Shown in pieces: positions 18,832 to 29,135 of a stretch of DNA of 64,000 bases. Made by a program: the position numbers and the translations under genes. Position 1 is the first letter of the stretch, and each line of letters opens with the position of its first letter. The notes under the pieces were generated by a model. That model worked only from the letters and a program-made list of their open reading frames with translations. It searched no databases and was not told the origin of the DNA. The DNA is from an uncultured Spirochaetota bacterium (lineage in GTDB: Bacteria; Spirochaetota; Spirochaetia; SZUA-6; Fen-1364): the NCBI GenBank assembly GCA_963745235.1, contig CAVUXE010000099.1, positions 32,001 through 96,000 on the forward strand, written 5' to 3'.

Positions 18832-19178
18832 TGGAGGTGGCGGGAGTCGAACCCGCGTCCTGGAGTGTTGACCAAGAACCTCTACAGGTTTATCCGCCCG
18901 TTAGAACTCGGCGAGAGGTTTGGGAGGCGGCGTCCCGCTTCCCGCCAAAGCCGGCTTTAGTGTCCCCAGGCGCCCGCTGGCATGCGCTCGGGTAAGCCCC
19001 GGTTTGTTACAGGCACCTCCGGATGTTCGGGACCACGCTCCAGAGACCCGTGGCCGCAATTAAGCAGCCAGTGCGAAATCTGCGTTATTGGCAGTTGTGT
19101 TTTTGCCATTTTTAGGAGACTGGCGCTCCACCTGCAGCCCATGGCCGAACCGACCCCAGTCGAGACCGTTGCACCCCC
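18832..19178 (-). ncRNA. ssrA: tmRNA, tag peptide ANNADFALAA (19092-19060)
   Basis: 5' GGGGGTG pairs with 3' CACCTCC-A including G3.U. T-arm is GCGGGTTCGACTCCCGC, the tag ends ALAA-TAA, and the gene is downstream of smpB. CCA is not encoded. Confidence 0.95.
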
Positions 19179-19269
19179 GTAGCAATTGCGCGAAGGCGCA
19201 AGTTGCGAAGCCCTTTCAGCCGGCCGCGCAGCGGACGGCGGAAGGGCAGCCGGACACGGAGAAAGCGCG

Positions 19270-19734
19270 CTACTTCACCCTGTACTCGCGCTCGATCTCT
19301 CTCTTCTGATCTCTCTTCCTGATGTCGTCTCGCTTGTCAAAGAGCTTTTTCCCTTTTGCGATGCCAAGCTCGCACTTTACCATCCCACGTTTAAGGTAGA
19401 CCTTCAGTGGAACAAGGGTCAAGCCTTTCTCATCCGTGACTCGCGCGAGTCTCTTGATCTCCTTGCGATGAACGAGGAGCTTCCTCCGTCGAAGCGGATC
19501 GTGGTTGACCCGGTTGCCGAAAGCGTACGGCGTCACGTGGAAGGCAAGGAGCCATAGCTCGCCCTTTTCGACCAGGGCGTAGGAGTCCGCGAAGGAGAAC
19601 CTGCCCTCCTTGATGGACTTGACCTCCGTGCCCACCAGGGAGATCCCGCACTCGAAGGATTCCTGGATTGCATAGTTGAACCTCGCCTTCCTGTTGAACG
19701 CGAGGACCTTGATGCCTTGGTCAGTCTTTGCCAT
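19270..19734 (-). CDS. smpB: SsrA-binding protein
   Basis: Has NRKARFNY, GISLVGTEVKS, RKLLVHRKEI and GKKLFDKR. Confidence 0.97.
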   Translation of the reverse strand: MAKTDQGIKVLAFNRKARFNYAIQESFECGISLVGTEVKSIKEGRFSFADSYALVEKGELWLLAFHVTPYAFGNRVNHDPLRRRKLLVHRKEIKRLARVTDEKGLTLVPLKVYLKRGMVKCELGIAKGKKLFDKRDDIRKRDQKREIEREYRVK

Positions 19735-19749
19735 GCAAGCCCCTGGCAG

Positions 19750-21387
19750 CTATTTTCGCGCCAAAGCCACCCGGAAGCCAAGATACGGTGTTGACCAGTC
19801 AGCCGGCTGAGACCCCCTGGTGAAAACGGAGATCTGCTCGGACTGGTTGTTCCAGGAACCGCCTCTGACCACCCTGTCGGGACCGGCGGTGTAGGATCTC
19901 TCGTAGGACGCGTTCAGTCCCGGGTCAAGCGAAGAAAGGAGGTAGCTGCCGGGCGCGTAGGGGTCAGCGCACCATTGCCAGACGTTTCCGGCCATGTCGC
20001 GAAGTCCGTACCCGTTGGGCTCCGAGGTTCCGGCCCGAGACGGCCCGACCGCCCCCTTGTGAAAGAAAACCGCGGCTCCCGGCTTTTCCCCCAGGGGATA
20101 CAGCACGCCACGGAGCCCTCCACGCGCCGCCCATTCCCATTCGCTTTCAAGGGGAAGCCTGGCGATGTATCCAGGGAGGGAGGACTGAACAGCGCCCGTG
20201 AGCCACTGGCAGAAGGCGGCTGCCGCGTGGAAGGAAACCGATGTGACCGGCAGATCTTCCGCCCCGGCCGGAGGTCTTCCATTCACCCAGTCGGAGAGAT
20301 ACGTGTCGTCCGCGAGGCCGCTCGAGACCAGGCCGGCGGCGTTAGCCGGGCTCCACTGCGGCGTCTGCGCGACGAAAGCAGCAAACTGCCTGTTGGTGAC
20401 TTCCGTCTCGCCAAGGTAAAAGGAATCAACGGTGACAGGGTGGGGGAGGAGCGGGTCCACTGACTTTCCCAGGGAGTCGACGTTGTCATCCTTTCCCATG
20501 GTGAGCTCACCCGAGGGGACGGAACGATAACTTGCACCCTGCAGGACCACGAGCCTTCCGCCGCCCCCTGCTGATGGCGGGAACCTCCCCTGGTAGTACT
20601 TCGACATTGTCTCCCGGTACATGGAGAGGTATTGCTGGATCCAATCACCCGAGGCGAGCTTGACCGCCTTGTCACGCGCAAGGGTCAGAAGAAGCCACGA
20701 CGGAGCATTGTCATATTTTTGTTTAACGTGTACTGAATCTTCTACTAAATCCACCAGCGCAGACGGAGAGAGAAAAGAGTTTCTCGATGATGCTCGCGCA
20801 GCGGCCAAAAGTAGTTCTCGCAACTGGAACTCGGCAGTGACGTATCTGGCCGAATTGTCCAGAAAATCATACACCTTCAAGCGGGAGCCTTCATCCACTG
20901 CGGCACGCGAAGCGTCTGAAAGTATCTGTGGTATCTCGGGATTCTTCTGGAAATCGCCAAGAGACCAGGCAAGAAGCCCGTCCAGGTCAGAAACCCGCAG
21001 TTCCTGTTTCGTCGAACTGGTGTCGGGAAAGAGGAGGGTGGCAAAGACCCTGCCGCTGACAGTTTCATTCAGCGTGACCGGCGAGTAATACGGTTTGGAT
21101 ATCTCTACCGTTCTCGAGCCGCTCTTCAGAAAGATGATGCACGGCGTGCTGCCGGCGTAGGCACCATCCACCTTCACCGTGGCCTTCCCCGGATACGTGG
21201 TTATGGAAAGGAATGCGCCATGGCGATGCAGCCCGGGATAGAGCAGGATGAAGAAGAGGAGGACAACCACGGCCACAGCGTAGAGACCGGTAAGATAGGT
21301 ACCCGGCCGCATGCCAAGGATGGGCTTCAAGTGGACGGCGAGGTCGTCGGCGGGCGCCTGGCCAGCGGTCCGGTCCTTTTTCGACAT
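19750..21387 (-). CDS. PEGA plus FGE-sulfatase (SUMF1/EgtB/PvdO) domain membrane protein
   Basis: N-terminal TM, VKVDGAYAGSTP (PEGA), RLPLESEWEWAARGG, NGYGLRDMAGNVWQW, RVVRGGSW and LGFRV. Confidence 0.85.
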   Translation of the reverse strand: MSKKDRTAGQAPADDLAVHLKPILGMRPGTYLTGLYAVAVVVLLFFILLYPGLHRHGAFLSITTYPGKATVKVDGAYAGSTPCIIFLKSGSRTVEISKPYYSPVTLNETVSGRVFATLLFPDTSSTKQELRVSDLDGLLAWSLGDFQKNPEIPQILSDASRAAVDEGSRLKVYDFLDNSARYVTAEFQLRELLLAAARASSRNSFLSPSALVDLVEDSVHVKQKYDNAPSWLLLTLARDKAVKLASGDWIQQYLSMYRETMSKYYQGRFPPSAGGGGRLVVLQGASYRSVPSGELTMGKDDNVDSLGKSVDPLLPHPVTVDSFYLGETEVTNRQFAAFVAQTPQWSPANAAGLVSSGLADDTYLSDWVNGRPPAGAEDLPVTSVSFHAAAAFCQWLTGAVQSSLPGYIARLPLESEWEWAARGGLRGVLYPLGEKPGAAVFFHKGAVGPSRAGTSEPNGYGLRDMAGNVWQWCADPYAPGSYLLSSLDPGLNASYERSYTAGPDRVVRGGSWNNQSEQISVFTRGSQPADWSTPYLGFRVALARK

Positions 21388-21463
21388 GCGGGGGATTATA
21401 GGAAGGCCGTACTCGCTTGTCAACGATTCGCTTCCCATGATAGCCTTGACGCGCGGAGACCGC

Positions 21464-22504
21464 ATGGCAGCAAATACGAACACCGCGTGGATGCAGTGGG
21501 AGAAGAATGTCCAGACCGCCACGGAGCGCTTTCTCACCTGGCGAAAGAAGCGGTCCCTCGCCCGCAAGGCGCGCCAGAAGAAGCGAAACCCGGTTGTGGA
21601 CTGGATAGATGCAATCGCCTCCGCGGTCGTGATCGTCCTGGTCATCAACCAGTACCTTCTCCAAGCGTACCAGATCCCATCTCCCTCCATGGAGCCGAGC
21701 CTCCTTGTGAGCGATCGAATCTTCGTGAACAAGATCGTCTACGGCCCTGAGCTGATCCCGGGCATGCTGAAGATGCCGGGTTTCAAAGTACCCGCTCGGG
21801 GAGACGTGATCATCTTTGAGAGCCCGGAGTATATCTCCAGCGGCCCGATCAAAGACATTCTCCAGCGGATCATCTACATGGTCACCCTGTCCATCGTGGA
21901 CATCGACAAGGACGAGTACGGCCAGCCCAAGCATCACTTCCTTATTAAGAGGGCCATCGGGATGGCCGGAGATCGGCTTCGCATGCGGCAGGGGAATGTG
22001 GAGATCCTTCCCCCCGGCGAGTCGACATGGCTGCCGGAGGAAACGCTGAAGGAAAGCCTCGGGATGATCTATCCCTCGCATCGGTCCATCAACCCGGACG
22101 AGTACCAGTACTTCAAGGAAGAAGGTGTCGGCATTGCGCTGCAGCTGGCTGGGCTTTCGGCAACCTCGGAGCAGAAGAGCGCCATCTCCCGATACTACGA
22201 GGCTACGCAGGATTCGAGCGGCAACGCCCATTTCCGGCTCATAGCGCTGAACGATGAGAAGGAAGTGGAGCTCTGGCAAAGCCGGACAGAGTGGGCCATG
22301 GAACCGTTCAACCTCGGCAAGGCAGCTGATTGGCGGCTTCTGCAGGAAGGCTACTATGTCCCGCAGGGGAGAATATTCCCCATGGGTGACAATCGCGACA
22401 ATTCGCGGGATGCCCGGTACTTCGGCACGGTCCGCCTCGACAAGGTCCTCGGCAAGGGATTGTTCAGGTACTGGCCGCTGGCCAGGTTCGGCGTCATCAG
22501 GTAG
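21464..22504 (+). CDS. lepB: Signal peptidase I
   Basis: Has IPSPSMEP (Ser), LIKRAIG (Lys) and MGDNRDNSRDARYFG. Confidence 0.92.
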   Translation: MAANTNTAWMQWEKNVQTATERFLTWRKKRSLARKARQKKRNPVVDWIDAIASAVVIVLVINQYLLQAYQIPSPSMEPSLLVSDRIFVNKIVYGPELIPGMLKMPGFKVPARGDVIIFESPEYISSGPIKDILQRIIYMVTLSIVDIDKDEYGQPKHHFLIKRAIGMAGDRLRMRQGNVEILPPGESTWLPEETLKESLGMIYPSHRSINPDEYQYFKEEGVGIALQLAGLSATSEQKSAISRYYEATQDSSGNAHFRLIALNDEKEVELWQSRTEWAMEPFNLGKAADWRLLQEGYYVPQGRIFPMGDNRDNSRDARYFGTVRLDKVLGKGLFRYWPLARFGVIR

Positions 22505-22509
22505 GAGAG

Positions 22510-23259
22510 ATGATCGGTTCGGTGGAGCGATATTCTTCCTCGGTCAGAAAGAGGAGGATGTCGCTTCTTGGCACGCGCACCTTTCGGATTCTCCTCATTG
22601 CTTTCATCCTCTACGTGGTGGTCTCCCGGTTCATCGTGGCCACCTACCGCGTGGAGTCCGTTTCCATGGAGCCCCAGATAAGCCCGGCCGACAGGGTGAT
22701 TGTCAGTCTCCTGGCATTCGGACCGCGCGTGCCCTTTTCTCATGCCCGGTTCCCCGGGCTCACTGAGCCCCAACGGGGTGACCTCGTGATGGTGCAGCCT
22801 CCCTTTTATGACGATGAACCGCTGCTCGTGAAGATCTTCCAGCCCGTCGTGAGCTTCCTGACCCTGCAAAAGGCGACACTCCGCAGGGACCTGTACGGTG
22901 GCAGGGTGAACAGTTACATGCTGAAGAGGATCGTCGGGATGCCGGGAGATACGATACGGCTCGGCAACTACAAGGTGTGGGTCCGACCGCGCGGCGGATC
23001 AGATTTCGTGCCGGAGGACCAGATTGTGCCCGTCCGCTACGGGACGCGCTCTGCCGTGAACGCTCCCGGGTGGGACTCGTCACTGCCCTTTTCAGGGAAC
23101 GAGGACGATCTCGTGTTGAAAGACGGAGAGTACTACGTTCTTGGGGACAACAGGCCGGAGTCCAGTGACAGCAGGTCATGGGGTCCTGTCCCCGCGGACA
23201 GGATCATCGGCAAGGTGATCTACCGCTACTGGCCGCCTCGCTCCATTGGCGGGCTCTGA
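22510..23259 (+). CDS. lepB: Signal peptidase I, second tandem copy
   Basis: Has VESVSMEP, MLKRIVGMPGD and LGDNRPESSDSRSWG. Confidence 0.9.
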   Translation: MIGSVERYSSSVRKRRMSLLGTRTFRILLIAFILYVVVSRFIVATYRVESVSMEPQISPADRVIVSLLAFGPRVPFSHARFPGLTEPQRGDLVMVQPPFYDDEPLLVKIFQPVVSFLTLQKATLRRDLYGGRVNSYMLKRIVGMPGDTIRLGNYKVWVRPRGGSDFVPEDQIVPVRYGTRSAVNAPGWDSSLPFSGNEDDLVLKDGEYYVLGDNRPESSDSRSWGPVPADRIIGKVIYRYWPPRSIGGL

Positions 23260-24487
23260 GCTCCCCCTGTCCCTGTACATCCACGTTCCCTTCTGCGTGG
23301 ACAAGTGCCTCTATTGCAATTTCTATTCCGTGCCTCGGCGCTCCGTCCATGAAGGCATCCAGGAAGCTGTGGTCGACCAGACCATCCAACAGATGCGCTT
23401 TTTCCTCGATGCCATGGGGGACGCCTGCGCGGTGCAGACCGTCTTCATGGGCGGCGGAACTCCCAGCACGCTGCCCCATCCGTTGCTGCGCCGGCTCCTG
23501 AGCTCTCTCAAGCTCTCCGCCTGCCAGGAATGGACGGTGGAGGCCAACCCCGAATCCATCAACCGGGATTTTCTTGATGCTTGCGGGGATGCGGGGGTCA
23601 CTCGAATAAGCGCCGGCGTGCAAAGCACCGATGACAGGCATCTGAGCACCCTGCGAAGGACGGGAAGCCGCCAGGACATACTGCGGGCAGCAGGATTGCT
23701 GCGAAGCTGCTGGAAGGGCGACGTGAACCTGGATTTCATTGCGGGTATCCCCGGACAGGAACCGGCAGACGTTGCAAGGGACCTTTCGCTCCTGGATGAG
23801 CTGCCGGTGTCCCACGTCTCACTCTACTCCCTGACGTACGAGCCTGATACGCCCCTCGCCCGCCTGGTGGCGAACGGAAGGGTCCGGTCGAACTCCGCCG
23901 AAAAGGACGAACAGCTGTGGTTCACGGGCGTTGAAGAGCTCAAGAGGCGAGGCTACATCCACTACGAGGTCTCGAACTTCTGCCGTCCAGGAAAAGAATG
24001 CCGTCACAACCTTCGTTACTGGAGGCTGGAGCCATATCTCGGGGCAGGTCCGGGTGCGGTCTCCACGCTTCCCGCTGGGGCCGTTGCAAAGGCCTTGAGC
24101 AGGCCCGGCGTTTCCGCCGATGGGGAAAGCGGCGGAGTGCTTCGCATGAGCAATCCGCGTGACATCCGCGGCTACCTGGCAGGCCGGGAGCAGCTCTGGG
24201 GCGCGGAGCTGGAAGCCGTGAGGCCGGCAGACTTTCTGCTTGAAACCCTGATGATGGGCTTTCGGCTGGAGGAGGGGATATCCGCAGGCCTGTTTGAGAG
24301 GAGGTTCGGAAGTCCCTTCCAGGAGATCTTTCCGGGGCTCTGGGAAAGCTGGGTTTCGCGGGGTGCAGCGCGACCCGCCGGTGGCAGGCTCGCGCTGAGT
24401 GATTCCGGCAGGATGATGCTGGATGGTCTTCTTTCCGAAACGCAGCATGAGCCGGACGCGCGCAACCTGACCGTGTCATGGCCCTGA
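23246..24487 (+). CDS. hemW: Radical SAM heme chaperone HemW (HemN-like)
   Basis: Has LYIHVPFCVDKCLYCNF, GGGTPS, YEVSNF and HNLRYW. Confidence 0.85.
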   Translation: MAGSELPLSLYIHVPFCVDKCLYCNFYSVPRRSVHEGIQEAVVDQTIQQMRFFLDAMGDACAVQTVFMGGGTPSTLPHPLLRRLLSSLKLSACQEWTVEANPESINRDFLDACGDAGVTRISAGVQSTDDRHLSTLRRTGSRQDILRAAGLLRSCWKGDVNLDFIAGIPGQEPADVARDLSLLDELPVSHVSLYSLTYEPDTPLARLVANGRVRSNSAEKDEQLWFTGVEELKRRGYIHYEVSNFCRPGKECRHNLRYWRLEPYLGAGPGAVSTLPAGAVAKALSRPGVSADGESGGVLRMSNPRDIRGYLAGREQLWGAELEAVRPADFLLETLMMGFRLEEGISAGLFERRFGSPFQEIFPGLWESWVSRGAARPAGGRLALSDSGRMMLDGLLSETQHEPDARNLTVSWP

Positions 24488-24517
24488 TTGACTTCTGTTT
24501 TTTTTTCATGATACGCT
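24488..24517 (+). promoter_or_regulatory. Putative sigma70 promoter of yebC-ruvCAB-queA
   Basis: TTGACT-18 nt-TACGCT, with a T9 tract in the spacer. Confidence 0.5.
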
Positions 24518-24547
24518 CGGACAAACTTAACCAGGAGAAGGGGAAAC

Positions 24548-25291
24548 ATGTCTGGCCATAGTAAATGGCATACAATCAAGCACAAGAAAGGCGTTGCAGA
24601 CGCCAAGCGCGGACAGATGTTCACGAAGCTCATCAAGGAAATCAGCATCTCCGCGCGGTTCGGGGGCGGTGACCCTGAAACGAACCCCCGACTTCGTACC
24701 GTCATCCTGAAGGCCAAAGCGAGCAACATGCCCAAGGACAACATCGACCGGGCCATCAAGAAGGGCACCGGCGAGCTGGAGGGCGTGAGCTACGAAGAAA
24801 TCCTCTATGAAGCGTACGGGCCGGGCGGGGTGGCCATGCTCATTGACGTCCTCACGGACAACAAGAACAGGGCGGCCGCTGAGATCCGCAACCTCCTGAA
24901 CAAGGGCGGCGGAAGCCTTGGCGCGGCGGGAAGCGTCTCCTACCAGTTCAAGAGGAAGGGGCTCATCACCTACGACTCCTCCAAGTACAAGGAGGACGAC
25001 ATCCTTGCCGTTGCCATAGAAGCCGGCGCGGAGGATGTGAGCAGCTATGGAGACAGCATCGAAGTCACTGCGAGCCCTGAGGATTTCGAGAACGTGGTCA
25101 AGGCGCTCGAAGCGGCCGGGTTCCAGCACAGCATGGCGGAGATCGCGCGCGTGGCGGACACCACGGTGACGCTGGACAACGACAAGACGCAGAAGGCGCT
25201 GCGGCTGGTGGAGAACCTTGAGGACCACGAGGACGTTCAGAATGTGGCGACAAATCTGGAGATCCCTGCCGGATTTGTCATGAGCGAGTAG
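24548..25291 (+). CDS. yebC: YebC/PmpR family protein
   Basis: Has MSGHSKWHTIKHKK, YEAYGPGG and LEDHEDVQNV. Confidence 0.95.
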   Translation: MSGHSKWHTIKHKKGVADAKRGQMFTKLIKEISISARFGGGDPETNPRLRTVILKAKASNMPKDNIDRAIKKGTGELEGVSYEEILYEAYGPGGVAMLIDVLTDNKNRAAAEIRNLLNKGGGSLGAAGSVSYQFKRKGLITYDSSKYKEDDILAVAIEAGAEDVSSYGDSIEVTASPEDFENVVKALEAAGFQHSMAEIARVADTTVTLDNDKTQKALRLVENLEDHEDVQNVATNLEIPAGFVMSE

Positions 25292-25312
25292 TGTCATGGC
25301 CGCGCCGCGAGA

Positions 25313-25814
25313 GTGATGAGGACACTCATCGGGATTGATCCCGGGCTCGCGGCAACAGGCTGGGGGGTCGTCCGGTTCGACGGCTCCAGGTTCTTCCACG
25401 TTGCTCACGGCGTTGTGCGTACAGATTCCGAGTCATCGCTTTCAGCCAGGCTCCTCGCAATTCACGGCGCTGTTCGCAAGCTCCTTGTGAAGTACTGCCC
25501 CACGGAGGCAGGGGTGGAGGAGCTGTTCTTTTCCCGCAACGCATCAAGCGCAATGCAGGTTGCTCATGCCCGCGGCGTCGTTCTGCTGGCCCTCGGCCAG
25601 AGAGGGATCCCCGTGGAGTGCTATTCCCCCCAGCACGTGAAGGCCGCCGTCATCGGGAGAGGGAGAGCGGACAAGGACCAGGTGCAGCGCCTGGTATGCG
25701 TTGTCCTGGGGCTGGAGGAGATACCGGCAGCCGGATCACGCCGCGGATGCCCTTGCCGTGGCCATCTGCCACGCAAACAGGTCGCAGGTCGATGTTCAAC
25801 AGCATCACTGGTGA
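25313..25814 (+). CDS. ruvC: Holliday junction resolvase, frameshift near 25730
   Basis: Has IGIDPGLAATGWG, EELFF and GRADKDQV. PDHAADALAVAICH is in the shifted frame. Confidence 0.92.
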
Positions 25815-26487
25815 GATCACCTTCAAGGGTGAGGAGAGGCTCTGCGTCCAGACTGGCGGCGTGGAGTGGGACCTCACTGTCTCCCGCCGGGCGCTCGACA
25901 AGCTCCCTCCCGTGGGGCAGGTGGCCAGAATCCATACACACCTCCTGCACCGCGAAGATTCCATGCGCCTCTACGGGTTCTTCGATGCCGCCGAACGGGC
26001 ACTTTTTCTGGACCTCCAGAAGGTGGAAGGGGTCGGACCGCGCGGGGCCCTCAAGGTGCTCTCCGGCGTGGACAGGGACAAGTTCGCGCAAGCCCTTGAT
26101 CAGGATGACGTGGAGGCGCTGTCCGCCCTGCCGGGGATCGGGAAGCGGACTGCCCAGAAGATCATTCTCACCCTCAAGGGAAAGCTGACTCCCGCAACGG
26201 AAACCGCGGGGCGCTCCGCGGAGGATGACATTGCAACCGCCCTGGTCGGAATGGGCTTCGACCGCAGGACGGCAAAGACCGCGGTGACGGCGGCGCTGAA
26301 GTCGCTGGCCGGGCGGAAAATGAAGGGTGAGGAGCTCGAGCGCGAGCTTTTCAAGCTGGCGGTGGCCATTGCCGGCGGTGAATCCAATTCCGCGAGCAGC
26401 GGCGGCACCGCGAGCTGCCGTGCGACAAGCGGCGGTACCACGAGCAGCGCGCCGCGGGATGGCACGCCGCAGGACGGCGCCTCGTGA
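25792..26487 (+). CDS. ruvA: Holliday junction branch migration protein RuvA
   Basis: Has MFNSITG, REDSMRLYGF, VEGVGPRGA and LPGIGKRTAQKI, with a repetitive tail. Confidence 0.95.
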   Translation: MFNSITGEITFKGEERLCVQTGGVEWDLTVSRRALDKLPPVGQVARIHTHLLHREDSMRLYGFFDAAERALFLDLQKVEGVGPRGALKVLSGVDRDKFAQALDQDDVEALSALPGIGKRTAQKIILTLKGKLTPATETAGRSAEDDIATALVGMGFDRRTAKTAVTAALKSLAGRKMKGEELERELFKLAVAIAGGESNSASSGGTASCRATSGGTTSSAPRDGTPQDGAS

Positions 26488-27528
26488 AAGACCGCTCCCA
26501 GGATCCGACTCCGCGTCTCCCGAACCCGAGCTTCAACCCCGCCTTCGACGGGGAGGAGCTGTCCCTGAGGCCGCGCCTCCTGTCCGAGTTCGTGGGGCAG
26601 GACAAGCTCAAGGAGAACCTGGCAGTCTACATCGAAGCGGCAAAGAGGCGGGGGGAGCATCTCGATCACGTGTTCCTTTCCGGCCCTCCGGGCCTCGGGA
26701 AGACAACGCTCGCGGCAATCGTCGCCAACGAGCTGGGAGTCCAGTTTCGAGCCACTTCGGCGCCTGCCCTGGAGAAGCCGGGTGACCTGGCCGCAATACT
26801 CACGAGCATCGGGGAACGAAACATCTTCTTCATCGACGAGATCCATCGACTCAAGCCGGTCGTGGAAGAAATGCTGTACTCCGCCATGGAGGATTTCGAG
26901 ATCGACGTCGTTATCGGTCAGGGGCCCGGCGCGCGAACAATCAAGATTCCGCTGCCTCCCTTCACCCTTGTCGGGGCGACCACGAAAACGGGCCTGGTAT
27001 CCAGCCCCCTGTATTCCCGGTTCGGCATCCCCATGCGCCTGGATTTCTACGATCCCGCGGACATACGCAAAATCGTGTTTCGTTCCGCGGGGATCCTTGC
27101 CATCACGGTGGAAGAAGACGCTGCTGAAATGGTTTCCCGGTGCTCCCGCGGAACTCCCCGAATTGCAAACAGGATCCTCAGACGCATGAGGGACTTTGCG
27201 GAGGTCTGGGGAAGGGGAGTCATCGATCTGCCAATCGTGACGCGAGGCCTTGAGTCCCTGGAAATAGATGCCCGGGGGCTGGACAAGCTTGACCGCGAGA
27301 TCCTGCGCACGCTCGTTGAGAAATACGCCGGCGGGCCCGGTCGGCTCGGAGACAATCGCCATCTCGATTGGCGAAGCTGTCGATACCCTGGAGGACGTGT
27401 ACGAGCCGTACCTCATCCAGATCGGATTTCTGAAACGAACGCCGCGGGGAAGAGTGGCCACGGCAGGGGCATGGGAACACCTCGGGATCAAGCAGACCAC
27501 GCGTGGAGACCAGTCTCTTCTCTTTTGA
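26484..27528 (+). CDS. ruvB: Holliday junction helicase RuvB, frameshift near 27340
   Basis: Has [17 protein letters not shown] and [26 protein letters not shown] is in the shifted frame. Confidence 0.95.
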
Positions 27529-28511
27529 CCTCCCCCCGGAGCTGATAGCCCAGGAGCCGGAATCCGATCGTGAGAACGCGCGGCTCCTGGTCCTGGATCG
27601 GGCAACCGGGCAGGACCCGGGACTCGCGCGTGCGCGAAGTCGCCGGCGCCCTTGCGCCCGGGACCGTGGTGGTGCTGAACGACACCCGCGTGCGAAAGGC
27701 ACGCTTGTTTGCCGAAAGCGAGAAGGGTCGGAAAGTCGAGGTTCTCCTTCTGGCCCGGCGGGAAGCTGCCGTCTGGGAAGCGCTGACCGGCGGAGAGAAG
27801 AATGCGCGGACTCTGGGGTTTGCGGATGGCGTCATGGGGACCATCGAATCAAGGGAAGAGGATGTCCGCGTGATTCGCTTCGAGCCGGCAATTGACGATG
27901 CCTGGCTGGAGAGGAACGGCCACGTGCCCCTGCCGCCGTACGTGAGACGCCCGGACACCCCGGCGGATGAAGAGAGGTACCAGACAGTCTATTCGAGAGC
28001 CGTTGGCTCGGCGGCCGCGCCCACGGCAGGCCTCCATTTCACCAGGCGCCTGCTCGGGGAGCTGCAAACCGCCGGGATCCTGGTCTGCCATGTCACGCTT
28101 CACGTCGGGCTTGGCACGTTCCTCCCCATCCGCAGCGCGCGCATCGAAGACCACAGGATGCATGAGGAAGAGTTTTCGGTTCCGCGGGAAACGAAGGAGC
28201 TGGTCGACACGGCGGTGCGAGAAGGTCGGCCCGTTCTGGCCGTCGGAACCACCGTTGTTCGAACCCTGGAGACCGCGTGGACGGATGACGGCCTTTCGGC
28301 GGGCGAAGGGCGCACCCGCATGTACATCACGCCCGGTTTCAGGTTCAAGGTGGTGTCCCAGCTTTTCACGAACTTTCACACGCCGCAGTCCAGCCTGCTC
28401 GTGCTGGTGAGCGCGTTCGCCGGGCGCGAGCTGATCCTGCAGACGTACCGGGAGGCGATCCGGAAGAGGTACAGGTTTTTCAGCTACGGGGATGCAATGC
28501 TGATCACGTAG
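27503..28511 (+). CDS. queA: SAM:tRNA ribosyltransferase-isomerase, frameshift near 27610
   Basis: Has [32 protein letters not shown] and [10 protein letters not shown]. Confidence 0.95.
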
Positions 28512-28526
28512 CGACCATGCCCGGCG

Positions 28527-29135
28527 CTAGTAGGTGTGCTGGTCCATCTTCTGGAAGTCCGCCCGGACCTTTTCCAGCCGGGCCAATTGCGCGTCGATGA
28601 TCTGCTTGTAGTCCAGGTCCCCGGACTGCACGCGGAAGTTTTCATCCTCCCACTCCTGGATCTGGGGGAGGTGGATGTCCTGCATGGCCCACGCCAGGGC
28701 TGACCACTTCTGGGCATCTGTCCAGTAGCCGTAGGCGACCCGGTAGATCTTCTCCGCGGTGTCGAGGCTCTCGAGGTTCTGCCGCTTCCAGGGGTAGTTG
28801 TAGAAATACGCCACCATCTTGTCGTACTTGCTTCCCAGGGTCAGGTAGAGGTAGATCAGCTTCAGGTTCACGTGCATGTAGAACAGGTTTCGATATCGCT
28901 CCCACTCTGTCGTGTCGTGGATCGTGGCCAGTGCATACAGCGGATTGGCAAAAGGGGCAAAGTCTGCCTTCAGGGCGAGCTCGAGGTACTGGATGTCCTC
29001 CATGGCGTCTTCGGGATAGTGGTGGAGGGTCTCGTGGTAGAGCCTGTAATACTGCTCGGCATAGAGGATGCGCCATCCCGAAGCGGGGAGGAGAGGGACC
29101 ACGACAAGAACAAGAGCAAGTACCGCGCTCTTCAC
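28527..29135 (-). CDS. Exported conserved hypothetical helical protein
   Basis: Signal peptide and strong codon bias. The gene overlaps the tmk stop. Confidence 0.75.
   Translation of the reverse strand: MKSAVLALVLVVVPLLPASGWRILYAEQYYRLYHETLHHYPEDAMEDIQYLELALKADFAPFANPLYALATIHDTTEWERYRNLFYMHVNLKLIYLYLTLGSKYDKMVAYFYNYPWKRQNLESLDTAEKIYRVAYGYWTDAQKWSALAWAMQDIHLPQIQEWEDENFRVQSGDLDYKQIIDAQLARLEKVRADFQKMDQHTY

Larger units (their letters stand above)
15590..18844. mobile_element. Decayed genomic island integrated at the ssrA 3' end
   Basis: Flanked by 14-bp repeats, with an integrase-like stump next to ssrA, a TA pair, an IS fragment and visibly more AT-rich sequence. Confidence 0.72.

Noticed and set aside
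18832-18870. Stand-alone tRNA
   Set aside because: The T-arm and acceptor strand belong to tmRNA. The 5' pairing strand is ~340 nt away with a tag ORF in between.
19750-21387. FGE-sulfatase (CLec-fold) protein as a DGR target
   Set aside because: No second copy of its 3' end and no reverse transcriptase were seen. It occupies a housekeeping position between smpB and lepB.
21464-23259. Tandem lepB genes as a novelty
   Set aside because: Tandem signal peptidase I genes at this locus are a known spirochete arrangement.
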